Positions 26,768 through 36,947 of a stretch of 42,658 nt of DNA are shown in pieces. Source of the stretch: an uncultured Oligoflexus sp. GTDB lineage: Bacteria; Bdellovibrionota_B; Oligoflexia; Oligoflexales; Oligoflexaceae. The notes below the pieces were generated by a model. It worked only from the letters and a program-made list of their open reading frames with translations. It ran no database searches and was not told the origin of the DNA. Position 1 is the first letter of the stretch. Each line of letters opens with the position of its first letter. Location: assembly GCA_964236955.1 (NCBI GenBank), contig CAXSGP010000018.1, positions 13,361 to 56,018 of the forward strand, written 5' to 3'. The position numbers were made by a program, and so were the translations under genes.

Positions 26768-27280
26768 ATGAGAGATCCGAACCTTGTTCGCAAAGAAACT
26801 TTAGACCTTACTGCAGTCCTTCCACTCGTTATATTTCCCCTACCAGAGACCGATCCCGAGACCCCCTTGGATAATCTCAAGATGGTCAATGGCGATCTGA
26901 TCAACATGACCTCGGCGAAACTCCAGACGTTTGCCCAGCATGGTGTCCATTGCCAGATTTGCGGCTGCGAGGGCGAGTACTTTGGCAAAGAGAAATATCC
27001 GAGCATCCCCTTTTACCATTTGAATCTTTATGCGATGAAAAACGGGCGCGAAACCCAGATGCTAAAAGACAATAAAGTCGCAATTGAGCAAGGTGGCCTC
27101 GAGGAACTTGGGAACTTCCGGACAATTTGTTATGACTGCCACAAAAAGCGCGTGAGTCCTCCCGCCGATCTTGAAAACAGGAAGAGAATAAGGGCCAGGA
27201 AGAGAGCGGCAAACCAGGCGAAGAAAGCCGCCGGTGAACAGAAGGTAAAGATAGGTCTCAAAAAACCTAAGATGAAATAG
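26768..27280 (+). CDS. HNH-fold zinc-finger protein (degenerate active site) with basic tail
   Basis: CQIC...YHLNLYA...KDNKVAIEQGG....GNFRTICYDCH layout matches DH-x5-GG-x5-N-x4-CxxC, except DH is DN. Confidence 0.65.
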   Translation: MRDPNLVRKETLDLTAVLPLVIFPLPETDPETPLDNLKMVNGDLINMTSAKLQTFAQHGVHCQICGCEGEYFGKEKYPSIPFYHLNLYAMKNGRETQMLKDNKVAIEQGGLEELGNFRTICYDCHKKRVSPPADLENRKRIRARKRAANQAKKAAGEQKVKIGLKKPKMK

Positions 27281-27559
27281 TCAGGATGCCATTTCCTTCC
27301 TCCGTTTGCGACCAGCCCAAAAAAGAGCAGCATTTTTGGGTCTGCTGCCTCGGTAAGCTTTGGGAGCGCGCCAATCTCTCCAGGTCCGCGACTTCTATAC
27401 AAAATCGATAAAGCAAAATGAACCTAGCCAACGGGGAAGGGCTTAAAAAACGGAGGATACAATCTAATTGCTTTGCAAAAAGGCAAAACAATGGAACCAT
27501 CTAAAGGAAGCACTCGTTTCCGATCCATCCCAAAATCAATGTACTAAGGAGTAAGTCCT

Positions 27560-28021
27560 GTGGTTAAGCCCGTAATTCCAAATTATAAGGGCCATGAACT
27601 CTCCAGTGGAAATGACGGGGCTGAAAACCAAGCTATAGGTGTAGGAATGGAAAGCGGAGCACAAGGGGATCAAGAATCTTCTCCTGTCGATTCGACTAAG
27701 AACCAATCGCCAAAGAAATCGAGACGAAAATTGACGAGAAGCAAAGTTCCGAATTCGATGCAAAGAATGCAGCGGGCTATCGACAAGCTGCGCAAGGAAA
27801 ATCACATGCAGCTGCTCAAAACCGATACTGAAAGTGAGACCGAGCGGCTGGGGGAAACATGGAGGGAATCGCTGAAAGTGACGAAACACTCGATCTCAGA
27901 TCGTCTCGAAGATGGCAAAACCAAACCCTATCTTTATGCATCGGGCGTCGGATTTGTGCTCGGCCGGATGTATAGTTCCAGAAAGCCTGGCAAGGGCTGG
28001 GTTGATTCCTCACCCCATTGA
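27560..28021 (+). CDS. Hypothetical protein, possible C-terminal membrane anchor
   Basis: AAGGAG RBS before GTG; tail PYLYASGVGFVLGR weakly recalls ElaB/YqjD-type anchors. Confidence 0.55.
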   Translation: MVKPVIPNYKGHELSSGNDGAENQAIGVGMESGAQGDQESSPVDSTKNQSPKKSRRKLTRSKVPNSMQRMQRAIDKLRKENHMQLLKTDTESETERLGETWRESLKVTKHSISDRLEDGKTKPYLYASGVGFVLGRMYSSRKPGKGWVDSSPH

Positions 28022-28074
28022 TAAACTATGCTGTAAAGACTCTAAACTTCTGCCCCTAGAGCCTCCGCGCTTGC

Positions 28075-28737
28075 CTACCTCGCTCCGCTTTGCAATTTTT
28101 CGTAGATCGAATCGGCAATGTATCGACTGGCTATAGGACCGATGTGAAGGCCGTCTGGAATTAACTCGCGCAATCCATAGCTTGAACCCTTATAGGTCAA
28201 GGAACCGTCCCGCAGAATCTTAAAGAGCATACTCGTAAAGGGCACGACTGTGCATTGTTCATAGTGAAGGCAAGCCGCATGCAGGGCTTGATTAATAGCT
28301 GCGGCCTGGGGCTGCATGCCGGGCAGGAGCAAAGGCACTTCCCCTAAAATTATCGGAATTTGGCGCTTTTCCACCGCGTGCATCAGTCGGTCGAGTTCGC
28401 CCAGACTTTCTGCCGATGTGCGAAGCGTTGCATCCCAGAAGAATAAGTCGAGCCCTATCACGATTGTCCTATCCTGTAAGGTCTCTTCCGAAACATTCTT
28501 CAGTATGTCCCGACCACTTTTGCCACCAAATGCAATGGTTTGAATGTGACTCTCGTCGGTAAAGCGCAGCGCCAGAAGCTTACCTGGACTTTTTGTGGCC
28601 CAGTCGGCACTGACGCTGGCGCCGACGATCAGAGGTTTATGCATCATTTTTTTAAGATCAGGAGTCGATGCAGACCCTTCCCATGCAAGGGTTGAAATAA
28701 TCGTCAATATAATTCTCTTCCAGAATGAAGGTTTCAT
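28075..28737 (-). CDS. SGNH/GDSL-like hydrolase, probably exported
   Basis: LIVGASVS (block I variant) and PDGLH (block V); signal-like N-terminus. Confidence 0.7.
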   Translation of the reverse strand: MKPSFWKRIILTIISTLAWEGSASTPDLKKMMHKPLIVGASVSADWATKSPGKLLALRFTDESHIQTIAFGGKSGRDILKNVSEETLQDRTIVIGLDLFFWDATLRTSAESLGELDRLMHAVEKRQIPIILGEVPLLLPGMQPQAAAINQALHAACLHYEQCTVVPFTSMLFKILRDGSLTYKGSSYGLRELIPDGLHIGPIASRYIADSIYEKLQSGAR

Positions 28738-28939
28738 AGTTGAATTCGCCAGTCTCAGGAAATATCTGCTCAATTCCAGCAGCGTAGACTTTGCTTACTC
28801 TATAGATCTTTTATGAAGAAAGGATGAGGACTTAAACATTTGGCAGAGCATTTTTACTGGCAAAGCCTGGATGGTTCTCCATTGATTGGCCCATCCGCTC
28901 CTTGATGCGGACGAGGTCATTCTAAGTCCTTATCAGCAG

Positions 28940-29284
28940 TTAAATAGGAAGTCGATGCTTGTGGCTCGATCGGGTCCGGCTATGATCGCGACCCATTTTT
29001 TCACCCCAAGGTCCGGGTTCTCTATTATTAAGAGGACCAATCGTTTGTCGCAGGAGATAGAGCACTCCAAAGATCACAGCGGAAATCACGGCACACACTG
29101 CTGCTATATAGGTATTCGTAAAAACCCCTTTGCCTAGCCAATAGGCCACTCCATAACTTGCGGCAAAAGACGAGGCGAATTGTAACAAGAGTACCAGAAA
29201 AGTATTTTTCATTTTGAGGGCATAACATAGAATTCCGACCAAGAGCGTAACCAATGTCGCAGTTAGCATGAGTGCATAGATCAT
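28940..29284 (-). CDS. Small membrane protein
   Basis: GGAGGA RBS; three hydrophobic segments; directly downstream of the antiporter gene. Confidence 0.6.
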   Translation of the reverse strand: MIYALMLTATLVTLLVGILCYALKMKNTFLVLLLQFASSFAASYGVAYWLGKGVFTNTYIAAVCAVISAVIFGVLYLLRQTIGPLNNREPGPWGEKMGRDHSRTRSSHKHRLPI

Positions 29285-29347
29285 AATTAATCCTCCCGAG
29301 ACGTGTTCCTCCAAGCGTTTGCAATAAGCACACCAAGAAGGAATAAA

Positions 29348-30715
29348 CTATTTCCCGGGGGGTCGCCTGGTCAGCGGGATGAGGTGAGATCGCGCCTTGG
29401 ATCGACGCCCAGGACTGAAATTAAGCCTGAACCGATAGGTTTTAAGGCGCTTTTCATAGACTTTCATTAGAGGAGTGACGGACATGCCATGCAGGAGGAT
29501 AGAGAGTAGGATCACGCCGAAGGTTATATCGGCAATTGTTTTGGCAATAATGGGATCAAGGCCATGGGTAATGGCATAGGCCAGGTAGTAGATCGAACCT
29601 ACCCCGCGCACGCCCAGCCAGCACAAATATCGCTTTTGAAGGCTGCTGACCACTGGACTTCGCGCTATCGTCAGCCAGACGGATAGCGGCCTGAAAATAA
29701 AGAGCAGTGCCCCGGCAAAGGTCCAGGGTTCAAGGCCAAAGGTCGCGCGGTTAATCATGGCTCCCAGGAGAATGACCACCACGACCTCAGTCACGCGTTC
29801 CAGTTGTTTGTTAAAGCCCAAAACCGTCTCAGGCAGTTTGGCTACCGCCCGGGTCGCTTGATTCAAGTCCTCTTCGCCCTTTTCCACTACCTCTTGAATG
29901 ACCGATGGCTTTGAGATACTGCGGAGGGCAAGTCCCGCTGCGAATACAGCGAGAAAGCCATAAGAATGTGCAGCGACGGCGACACCATAGGACAAGGCAA
30001 TCAGACCAAGATTGAGAAAATCATCTAGACTCTCGCTATCACGATTTTTACTTCGTAAATAAAGAATGCAGCGGCTGACCCCTTTACCCATCAGATAACC
30101 GATTGCGATACCAACAAAAATCGACCAGAAAAAATCCAAGGCAAGCCATTTCCATCCATAAGGACCTAAATCGTGATGGCCCAGTAAACCAAGGGCCAGC
30201 ATGACGAAGGGAAAAGCGGTCCCATCATTCAAGCCTCCCTCCGCAGTGAGGGAGAACCGCAGGCGATCGCGATGCTGGAATCCTTCGATTTGCACATCGG
30301 AGGCTAATACAGGATCAGTAGGTGATAGAATTGCACCCAACAGAATCGCTGCCCCCCAACTGAAACCGAGCGCATATTTGGCTGCAACGGCAAGCAAAGC
30401 GATATTGAGCAGCATAGCTATCGATGCCAGTGATAATGACAGCCGCCACTGTGGGTCGGTCAAGGGTAAATTGAGCTTAAGGCCGGCGGTGAAGAGAGAA
30501 ACCACCACAGCGATTTCTGTAACATGTTCCAAAAATACTGCATGTTGGAAAAGGTTGATCTTGAGAATATCAAGACCTAAAGGTCCGATCGCCATACCTA
30601 TCAACGCATAAATGATACCTGTCGTGAGCGGCAGACGCGTGAGCCAGGAGCCAAATGCCGCCATTGCGATAAAGATACTGCCGACTATGAGAAACCATTG
30701 CGTTGATAGGTCCAT
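29348..30715 (-). CDS. Cation:proton antiporter, CPA1/NhaP type
   Basis: LSPTDPVLA, EGGLNDG, RP and GVRGVGS motifs; about 13 TM segments. Confidence 0.92.
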   Translation of the reverse strand: MDLSTQWFLIVGSIFIAMAAFGSWLTRLPLTTGIIYALIGMAIGPLGLDILKINLFQHAVFLEHVTEIAVVVSLFTAGLKLNLPLTDPQWRLSLSLASIAMLLNIALLAVAAKYALGFSWGAAILLGAILSPTDPVLASDVQIEGFQHRDRLRFSLTAEGGLNDGTAFPFVMLALGLLGHHDLGPYGWKWLALDFFWSIFVGIAIGYLMGKGVSRCILYLRSKNRDSESLDDFLNLGLIALSYGVAVAAHSYGFLAVFAAGLALRSISKPSVIQEVVEKGEEDLNQATRAVAKLPETVLGFNKQLERVTEVVVVILLGAMINRATFGLEPWTFAGALLFIFRPLSVWLTIARSPVVSSLQKRYLCWLGVRGVGSIYYLAYAITHGLDPIIAKTIADITFGVILLSILLHGMSVTPLMKVYEKRLKTYRFRLNFSPGRRSKARSHLIPLTRRPPGK

Positions 30716-30770
30716 GAGTCTTACCGCTTGAAGGGAATGGAATGGAAAGGAAATATTCCAAAAACTAGCA

Positions 30771-30791
30771 TTGGGCAGCCTGGCTGCCCAA
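30771..30791. promoter_or_regulatory. Perfect inverted repeat, candidate operator
   Basis: TTGGGCAGCC-T-GGCTGCCCAA, about 55 bp upstream of the antiporter ATG. Confidence 0.4.
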
Positions 30792-31114
30792 GTTAAGGTG
30801 GGGCTGATGCGGCGATTACTATCAAATTTCTGCTGTTATTATAGTGGGTCCAAGGGCTTCCTACATTTTTTTCTCGCTTTAATTGGAGGTCATCCATGAA
30901 GGTCATAAGGACTCGCCTTATCGCAATTTAAAGGGAGAATCAAAGGCAGGCGGCAGGACATTAAAAAAGCGCAAGGTCCTGGAATTTTAAGCTACAAAAC
31001 GCTATTTTGACACCAACTGCACTATCATGCCTGAGTGTAAAGGATTTAAGATGGAAGATGAAAATTCGTGGCTGGACTGCGTCACGATCTAGCCGAAGGA
31101 AAAGGAGCCTGTCG

Positions 31115-31408
31115 ATGTCTTCATCCCAGCTGACCGCCGAACTAGTGAATCGTGATTATTTCGTGTCAAACCGTATTCACAATTATGCCTTTCAGCCCGG
31201 CGATTTCGGTTATGGACACATAGGTGAATTTGAGCCTGCGGGTTTGCTGACCTCCCCCTTTCCGCATGGCAATGGTTATACGTTTTACGTCGTCTATGCC
31301 AACGCCCGGCACGAACGCCTGCTGGTGCGCTATGAAGTAAGCAAAGACAAGGCTGTCAGTGAGTACGAACGTTACCGCTATCATTATGAAGGGGCTGCGG
31401 CCTACTGA
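31115..31408 (+). CDS. Hypothetical aromatic-rich protein
   Basis: AAGGAG RBS before ATG 31115; 97 aa. Confidence 0.6.
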   Translation: MSSSQLTAELVNRDYFVSNRIHNYAFQPGDFGYGHIGEFEPAGLLTSPFPHGNGYTFYVVYANARHERLLVRYEVSKDKAVSEYERYRYHYEGAAAY

Positions 31409-31492
31409 TCAGCTGCTCGATCTCTCCAAAAAATTGTGCTAGCGTAGCCTCGCACTGAGATAGCGAGACTTGCGTTTTGGAAGGACGAGCTG

Positions 31493-33205
31493 ATGAAGTT
31501 CAAAGTTTTTGTATTACCATTGTTTCTGGCAGTGTTTGCCCCATCCGCTGGTCCGGCTTACAGCAAAGACCAGGTGCCGCAAAATAACGCGGGCTCGCTT
31601 CAGGATATAAAATCACTGGAAAAAATCCTCAAGCGATTTGAGCCTGTTGAGTTGAAAGTTGATCTGTCAAAATTTCCTGAAAGTGAAAAAAAGACCTTAG
31701 CTAAGCTAATCCAGGCTTCAAAAATTGTAGAAACCATCTATTTTCGGCAAATCTGGACGGGCAACGAGGCCATGAAAGAAAAGCTGGCCAAGGATACGAG
31801 TCCCCTCGGATCGGCACGATATGCGGCTTTTATGCTGGATAAGGGGCCCTGGTCGTTACAGGATAATGATCAGCCTACGCTCCCGGATGTGCCTAAAAAG
31901 CCGGAAGCAGGCAGCTATTATCCCGACGGCGCAAGCAAGGCCGACATGGAAAAATGGTTTAAGACTCTGGATGCTGACACGGCCAGTGCCGCCAAAGGTT
32001 TTTTTACCGTCATTCGTAAAGATGCTCAGGGGAAGTTTAAAGTCGTCGGTTTCAATGAGGAGTATCAAGCGGAAATCGCTAGGCTCGCCAGGATATTAAA
32101 GGAAGCGGCAGCGCTAACTCAGCAGCCGACACTCAAAACCTTCCTCGATAAACGAGCCGATTCCCTGCTCTCTAACTCTTATTATGACAGCGATGTGGCC
32201 TGGATGAAACTCGATGCCAGCATCGAACCGACGATCGGGCCCTATGAAACCTACGAAGACCAATGGTTCAGTGCCAAAGCGGCGTTTGAATCCTTTATCA
32301 CCATTCGTGATGAAGCGGAAACGGCCAAACTTGCGAAGTTTTCCGCCGAGCTGCAGGACCTTGAAAATAACCTTCCCCTTGATCCCAAGTTTCGCAATCC
32401 CAAACTTGGCGCCCTGGCACCGATTCGGGTCGTGAATTCGATCTATTCGGCCGGCGAAGCCAATCGAGGCATACAGACGGCAGCCTATAATTTGCCCAAC
32501 GATGAAAAAATCGGCCAGGAAATGGGTACCAAACGGACGATGCTGAAGAATATTCAGGAGGCGAAATTCAATCGCATCCTGATTCCTATTGCGGCCATCG
32601 CGCTGGCGAAAAAAGATCAAGCCCATATCAGCTTCGTATCCTTTTTTACCCATATCCTCATGCACGAATTGATGCATGGCCTTGGACCCAGTGCGGTGCA
32701 GCTTAATGGCAAGACTATGACGGTACGCGAGACTCTGCAGGAAACCTACAGCGCGCTGGAAGAAGCAAAAGCCGACGTTTCAGGGCTTTGGGCCCTTCAA
32801 AAGCTGATTGATAAGGGAACCTTGAGCAAAGACCTGGAAAAGACCCTTTATACGACCTACCTTGCGTCGTCCTTTCGCTCGGTGCGCTTTGGTTTGAATG
32901 AAGCCCATGGCAGGGCGGTGGCCTTGCAGATGAATTACCTCCTCGATGCGAAAGCCTTTGTTGTCGCTAAAGAGGGTACCTTCAGCGTCGATGAAAACCG
33001 AATTAAAGACGCGGTGCGGACTCTTACCGGCGAGATTTTAACGATCCAGGCCACCGGCGACAAAGCCAAAGCCGTTGCGTTTACCAAGCGGTATATGGTC
33101 ATGCGTCCATCTATCCAGGCCATTCTTGATAGGTTGGCCGAAATTCCAGTCGATATAAGACCGGTCTTTACAACGGCTGAAGACTTAGTTAAAGCGTATC
33201 CTTGA
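31493..33205 (+). CDS. Exported peptidase M49 (dipeptidyl peptidase III-like)
   Basis: Signal peptide; IGPYETYED, AYNLPND, HELMHGLG and LEEAKAD. Confidence 0.88.
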   Translation: MKFKVFVLPLFLAVFAPSAGPAYSKDQVPQNNAGSLQDIKSLEKILKRFEPVELKVDLSKFPESEKKTLAKLIQASKIVETIYFRQIWTGNEAMKEKLAKDTSPLGSARYAAFMLDKGPWSLQDNDQPTLPDVPKKPEAGSYYPDGASKADMEKWFKTLDADTASAAKGFFTVIRKDAQGKFKVVGFNEEYQAEIARLARILKEAAALTQQPTLKTFLDKRADSLLSNSYYDSDVAWMKLDASIEPTIGPYETYEDQWFSAKAAFESFITIRDEAETAKLAKFSAELQDLENNLPLDPKFRNPKLGALAPIRVVNSIYSAGEANRGIQTAAYNLPNDEKIGQEMGTKRTMLKNIQEAKFNRILIPIAAIALAKKDQAHISFVSFFTHILMHELMHGLGPSAVQLNGKTMTVRETLQETYSALEEAKADVSGLWALQKLIDKGTLSKDLEKTLYTTYLASSFRSVRFGLNEAHGRAVALQMNYLLDAKAFVVAKEGTFSVDENRIKDAVRTLTGEILTIQATGDKAKAVAFTKRYMVMRPSIQAILDRLAEIPVDIRPVFTTAEDLVKAYP

Positions 33206-33292
33206 TTTTTTCTCGTTCCCGAGTTAGCAAGGCAATGCTTTTAGCATGAATATTGCTTTAAGATTGTTGTTACCATTTTAGGAGTATTCGTT

Positions 33293-33622
33293 ATGAAAAA
33301 GAACATTCTCGTTTCCGCCGTTTTGAGCTTCTCGGTTCTAAGTGTTTTTGCCTGTACCAAAAAAAATACAGACAAAAGTCGCGATGACTCGACTGCAACA
33401 CCTCCCGCAGCTGCACCTTCAGCAGTTCCAGAAGCAAAGACTCCTTCCTCGGATACGGTAACGCCTCCTACTGAAATGCCGGGCCAACCAGACTCGACCA
33501 ATTCAGTTCCCGGCAATACCAGCCCAAGCGGTGAAGGCACTCTTCCATCGGGCACGACACCTGCTCCAGGCAGTGAAACAGGATCACCTGTTCCCAACAA
33601 TACAGCGCCTACAGCTCCATAA
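33293..33622 (+). CDS. Pro/Thr/Ser-rich disordered lipoprotein
   Basis: AGGAG RBS; lipobox VFAC; low-complexity remainder. Confidence 0.7.
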   Translation: MKKNILVSAVLSFSVLSVFACTKKNTDKSRDDSTATPPAAAPSAVPEAKTPSSDTVTPPTEMPGQPDSTNSVPGNTSPSGEGTLPSGTTPAPGSETGSPVPNNTAPTAP

Positions 33623-33633
33623 GTACCGGCTAT

Positions 33634-33684
33634 AATCGGCCGTTTGTTGACTCGTTTGAGTTGGCAAGCGGCCGATTGTTTTTT
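33634..33684 (+). terminator. Long-stem intrinsic terminator
   Basis: AATCGGCCGTTTGTTGACTC-GTTT-GAGTTGGCAAGCGGCCGATT (20-bp stem with G:U pairs) followed by GTTTTTT. Confidence 0.75.
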
Positions 33685-33811
33685 CGGCCCCGATGGGAAG
33701 GATTTTTCTCCAGCTGATCATCCTCTTGGCCTTATTCCTTTATATAAATGGATTCTCTTGAGGTCTCAGCGTAGATTGCCTCACGGGCATTCATTCATGA
33801 GGGGGACAGCT

Positions 33812-34990
33812 GTGGAAGAATCTTTTGATGTCATAGTCTTTGGTGCCACCGGATTTACCGGCCAATTAGCTGCCAAAAGGCTTGCCACGGAGCCGGGACT
33901 GAAGCTCGCGATCGCCGGTAGAAACCGTGCAAAGCTTGAAAGCATAGCCAAGGATTGCGTGCATACCCCTGCCATCATCATCGCTGATTCCGACGACCGA
34001 GAGAGCATTATCGCAATGGTTCGCCAGGGACGCGTGATCGCCAACTATGCCGGCCCGTTCGCGCTCTATGGCGAAGCAGTTGTGGCTGCCTGTGCTGAAT
34101 ATGGACGCGCTTATTGTGATATTACCGGTGAAACACCCTTTATCCGCGATATGATTGATCGATATGAGGCAAAGGCGAAAGCATCCGGAGCCTGTCTGAT
34201 TCCTATGGCTGGATTCGACTCGGTTCCTGCTGACATCCTCGCATTTATCGCGATGGAGGAAGGGGAGCGGCATAGCTGGCAGTTCAATTCCCTCACTCAT
34301 TATTATCAGGTGGGCGGAGGATTTAACGGGGGAACCCTGGCAACGGTCTTGACGATAGCCGAGCAGAACAAAAGCCGGCTTGTCGCCAACACGAACATAC
34401 TTATTCCCTATAAAAAATGGCAAAAAGGACCGAGGGCGGTCCTGACCCCGACCTATGAACCCCTGCTGAAGCGCTGGAGCGCGCCCTTCTTTATGAATTT
34501 TATCAATGCCTCAGTCGTCAGGCGTTCGCTCTTTCTGCAGAGTCCCGACAAGCCTCAACTCGGGAACATCGACTACACCGAAAGGCTGCTGCTTTCGGGT
34601 GGGCGGATCGGCCGGCTGAAAGCTTTTGCTGTGACGGGAACATTGGGAGTGGTGGGGGCTCTGACGACGAATAGGCTCGGTCGTCAGCTGCTAAGAAAAA
34701 TAGGCCCTTCACCCGGACAGGGCCCCTCAGAAAAAAGTCGCCTGGCAGGGTTTTATCGCGGCACACTTATCGCTCGCGAAGATGGGCAGGCCCGGGTCAT
34801 TATTAAAATGAAAGTTAAAGGCGATCCCGGTAACCAGTTCACAGCGCTGAGTTCAGCCGCCGTGGCACTATTGCTGGCGCAGGGCAAGGCCCGCAGCACA
34901 GGATTTTCCACACCATCCATGGCCCTGGGAAATGATTTGATTCAGGCGCTCGAGGTTCGTGGCGTCGTGTTTAGCACGGACTATGTTTGA
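33812..34990 (+). CDS. Saccharopine dehydrogenase-like / trans-acting enoyl reductase family oxidoreductase
   Basis: GATGFTG, IAGRN, AGPF..YGE, YCDITGE and GFDSVPAD. Start moved to GTG 33812 (or ATG 33797) because the longer ORF overlaps a terminator. Confidence 0.88.
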   Translation: MEESFDVIVFGATGFTGQLAAKRLATEPGLKLAIAGRNRAKLESIAKDCVHTPAIIIADSDDRESIIAMVRQGRVIANYAGPFALYGEAVVAACAEYGRAYCDITGETPFIRDMIDRYEAKAKASGACLIPMAGFDSVPADILAFIAMEEGERHSWQFNSLTHYYQVGGGFNGGTLATVLTIAEQNKSRLVANTNILIPYKKWQKGPRAVLTPTYEPLLKRWSAPFFMNFINASVVRRSLFLQSPDKPQLGNIDYTERLLLSGGRIGRLKAFAVTGTLGVVGALTTNRLGRQLLRKIGPSPGQGPSEKSRLAGFYRGTLIAREDGQARVIIKMKVKGDPGNQFTALSSAAVALLLAQGKARSTGFSTPSMALGNDLIQALEVRGVVFSTDYV

Positions 34991-35213
34991 TTCGTATAAT
35001 TTGGCATGAAAAAGCGGGTATTTCTGGATCATAGAGACGTACTTTTAGGATCCTGTCTTCAAAAGGCCCCGGTAATAAGGATTCGTCAAGGGTGGAAGCT
35101 GCCTTTTCCTAGCTAAGCGGGTTGTCCCGGTATAAACTCGTTTCCACCACGGTAACGAGAATTCTTGGCGGATAGACTGCTTTTACCGCTGACACAGACG
35201 GACTATAGGTTTT

Positions 35214-36059
35214 ATGAAAATACCGAAGCGATTGAAGCCTTTGATAGATTCGCACATGATTGAAGATGTGATAGGCCAGCTGCAAAGCGGCAAAGAGGCA
35301 GAAGTTTACGTCGTCCGCGCGGAAGGCCAGCTTTGCTGTGCGAAGATTTACAAAGAAGAAAACAATCGCTCTTTCAAGCAAAAAACCCAATACACTGAAG
35401 GCCGTAAGGTACGCAGCACCCGGCGCGCACGCGCAATGGAAAGCAGCAGTCGCTACGGCCGCCAGGAACGTGAAGCCGAATGGCAGAACACTGAGGTTGA
35501 TGCCCTTTATTTGCTTGCTGCAGCTGGGGTAAGGGTACCAAAACCCTTGGGTTACCACGAAGGTGTTTTGCTTTTACAGATGATAACGGATGAGGAAGGC
35601 AACCCGGCCCCCCGCTTGAATGATGTGGACTTAACAGCAGAGCAGGCGCGGGACTATCACCTCATCCTGATACGGGAAGTGGTAAAAATGCTTTGCTCGG
35701 GCTTGATTCACGGCGATTTATCGGAATTTAATGTCTTGGTGTCTGGCGATGGTCTGGTCATCATCGACCTGCCGCAGGCGATTCAAGCAACCGCCAACAA
35801 TGGCTTTGGCCTCTTCGAACGCGATCTCGTCCAACTTGCGGCTTTTTTTGGTCGCTTCGCCCCTGATATTATCGAGACGAATTACGCCAAAGAAATTTGG
35901 AAATATTTTGAAAACGGCAAGCTTAAACCCGATACCAAGCTTAGCGGTCGCTTTGAAGGCAGCAACAAAAAGGCCGATGTTCGATCGGTATTGAACGAGA
36001 TCGAAGATGCTCGCGAAGAAGAGATGGCAAAACGCGGGTTTCGTAAGGAACGCCAGTAA
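35214..36059 (+). CDS. RIO1-family Ser/Thr kinase (PA4780-like)
   Basis: MKIPKRL start; SGKEAEVY, IHGDLSEFNVL and IIDLPQ. Confidence 0.92.
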   Translation: MKIPKRLKPLIDSHMIEDVIGQLQSGKEAEVYVVRAEGQLCCAKIYKEENNRSFKQKTQYTEGRKVRSTRRARAMESSSRYGRQEREAEWQNTEVDALYLLAAAGVRVPKPLGYHEGVLLLQMITDEEGNPAPRLNDVDLTAEQARDYHLILIREVVKMLCSGLIHGDLSEFNVLVSGDGLVIIDLPQAIQATANNGFGLFERDLVQLAAFFGRFAPDIIETNYAKEIWKYFENGKLKPDTKLSGRFEGSNKKADVRSVLNEIEDAREEEMAKRGFRKERQ

Positions 36060-36504
36060 GCACACTGTCTGGTTTAAAAGCCAAGTATTGAATATAATTG
36101 ATTGAGATAATGAGTTAAGGCGCTAGGCAATTTTTGGGTGACCGCAACGGCATCGGAATAGCAAGGGCTCTGGTGGGCAAAGTTATTTCAGCACATGCCT
36201 ACTGCGCGGGTCTAGGTTCTGCTAAATTGGCTTGGTACTGTCTTGCTAGGAAGCCATAAAGCTTCTCTTACTCGGCAAGACGTAACCCTAAAATTCTGTT
36301 ATCTTGAATACAGATGGGTCTATCGCAGGGTCTACGCAATCGGACTCAATGACGGTAGGCAAATCGACGAAGGTTAAACCACGCTCCTCACGCCCAGTGA
36401 CAAGAACGAAGGCAAGCCTTTATTTTTTTAACTTAATTTTTGACAAAAATTCTTAGTGCCTACGTCACCTATGGATTAAAGCTTGCCACTCAAGGAACAC
36501 TCTT

Positions 36505-36858
36505 ATGGATATGCATCTTTATATTATCGTTTCCAATCGCAACAGCGTAACGCAACCCTATGAAATAGAATGGGGCCAGCAGGGTAAACTGATAAACATC
36601 CATACGACCGAAGCTGTTATTGAAGCCGCCGAGCAAGCGAAAAGCAAAGGCAGCAAGATTTTCGTGTACGAAATTAATTGCAAAAAACCCCTTAAAAGTC
36701 ACATTTCCCAGGAAGTTAAAATTGCCGAGATCAATGCCGCCGAAGGCATCTTGGTATTTACCGATCATAATCTGATCTTTAGAAAAGCGCCCTTCGTTGC
36801 AAACCAAAAACTTCAAAGCAAATGGCATGCCCTGGAGCCGACCGAGCGCATTCTTTAA
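36505..36858 (+). CDS. Hypothetical protein
   Basis: AAGGA RBS; 117 aa; followed by a terminator. Confidence 0.6.
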   Translation: MDMHLYIIVSNRNSVTQPYEIEWGQQGKLINIHTTEAVIEAAEQAKSKGSKIFVYEINCKKPLKSHISQEVKIAEINAAEGILVFTDHNLIFRKAPFVANQKLQSKWHALEPTERIL

Positions 36859-36885
36859 TGAGTCGTTCCTCTTGGCGATAAAATG

Positions 36886-36912
36886 AACTCCGAGCAATCG
36901 GGGTTTTTTTTT
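36886..36912 (+). terminator. Intrinsic terminator
   Basis: AACTCCGA-GCAA-TCGGGGTT plus long T run. Confidence 0.8.
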
Positions 36913-36947
36913 GAAAGGCGCCTTGCCATCCCCATTTCCGCACAGTC

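Noticed and set aside
27502..27526. Additional sigma28-like boxes (also GCCGATAG at 6800-6807 and GCCGAAAG near 38680)
   Set aside because: Wrong spacing (13 nt) or no TAAA-like -35 element.
33644..33811. N-terminal extension of the reductase given in the ORF track
   Set aside because: Overlaps a strong terminator; recognisable motifs begin at FDVIVFGATG and an RBS precedes GTG 33812.
36060..36500. c-di-GMP (GEMM) riboswitch suggested by GGCAAA and GGGTCTA words
   Set aside because: No GAAA-tetraloop stem or ACGCAAA junction in the right order.
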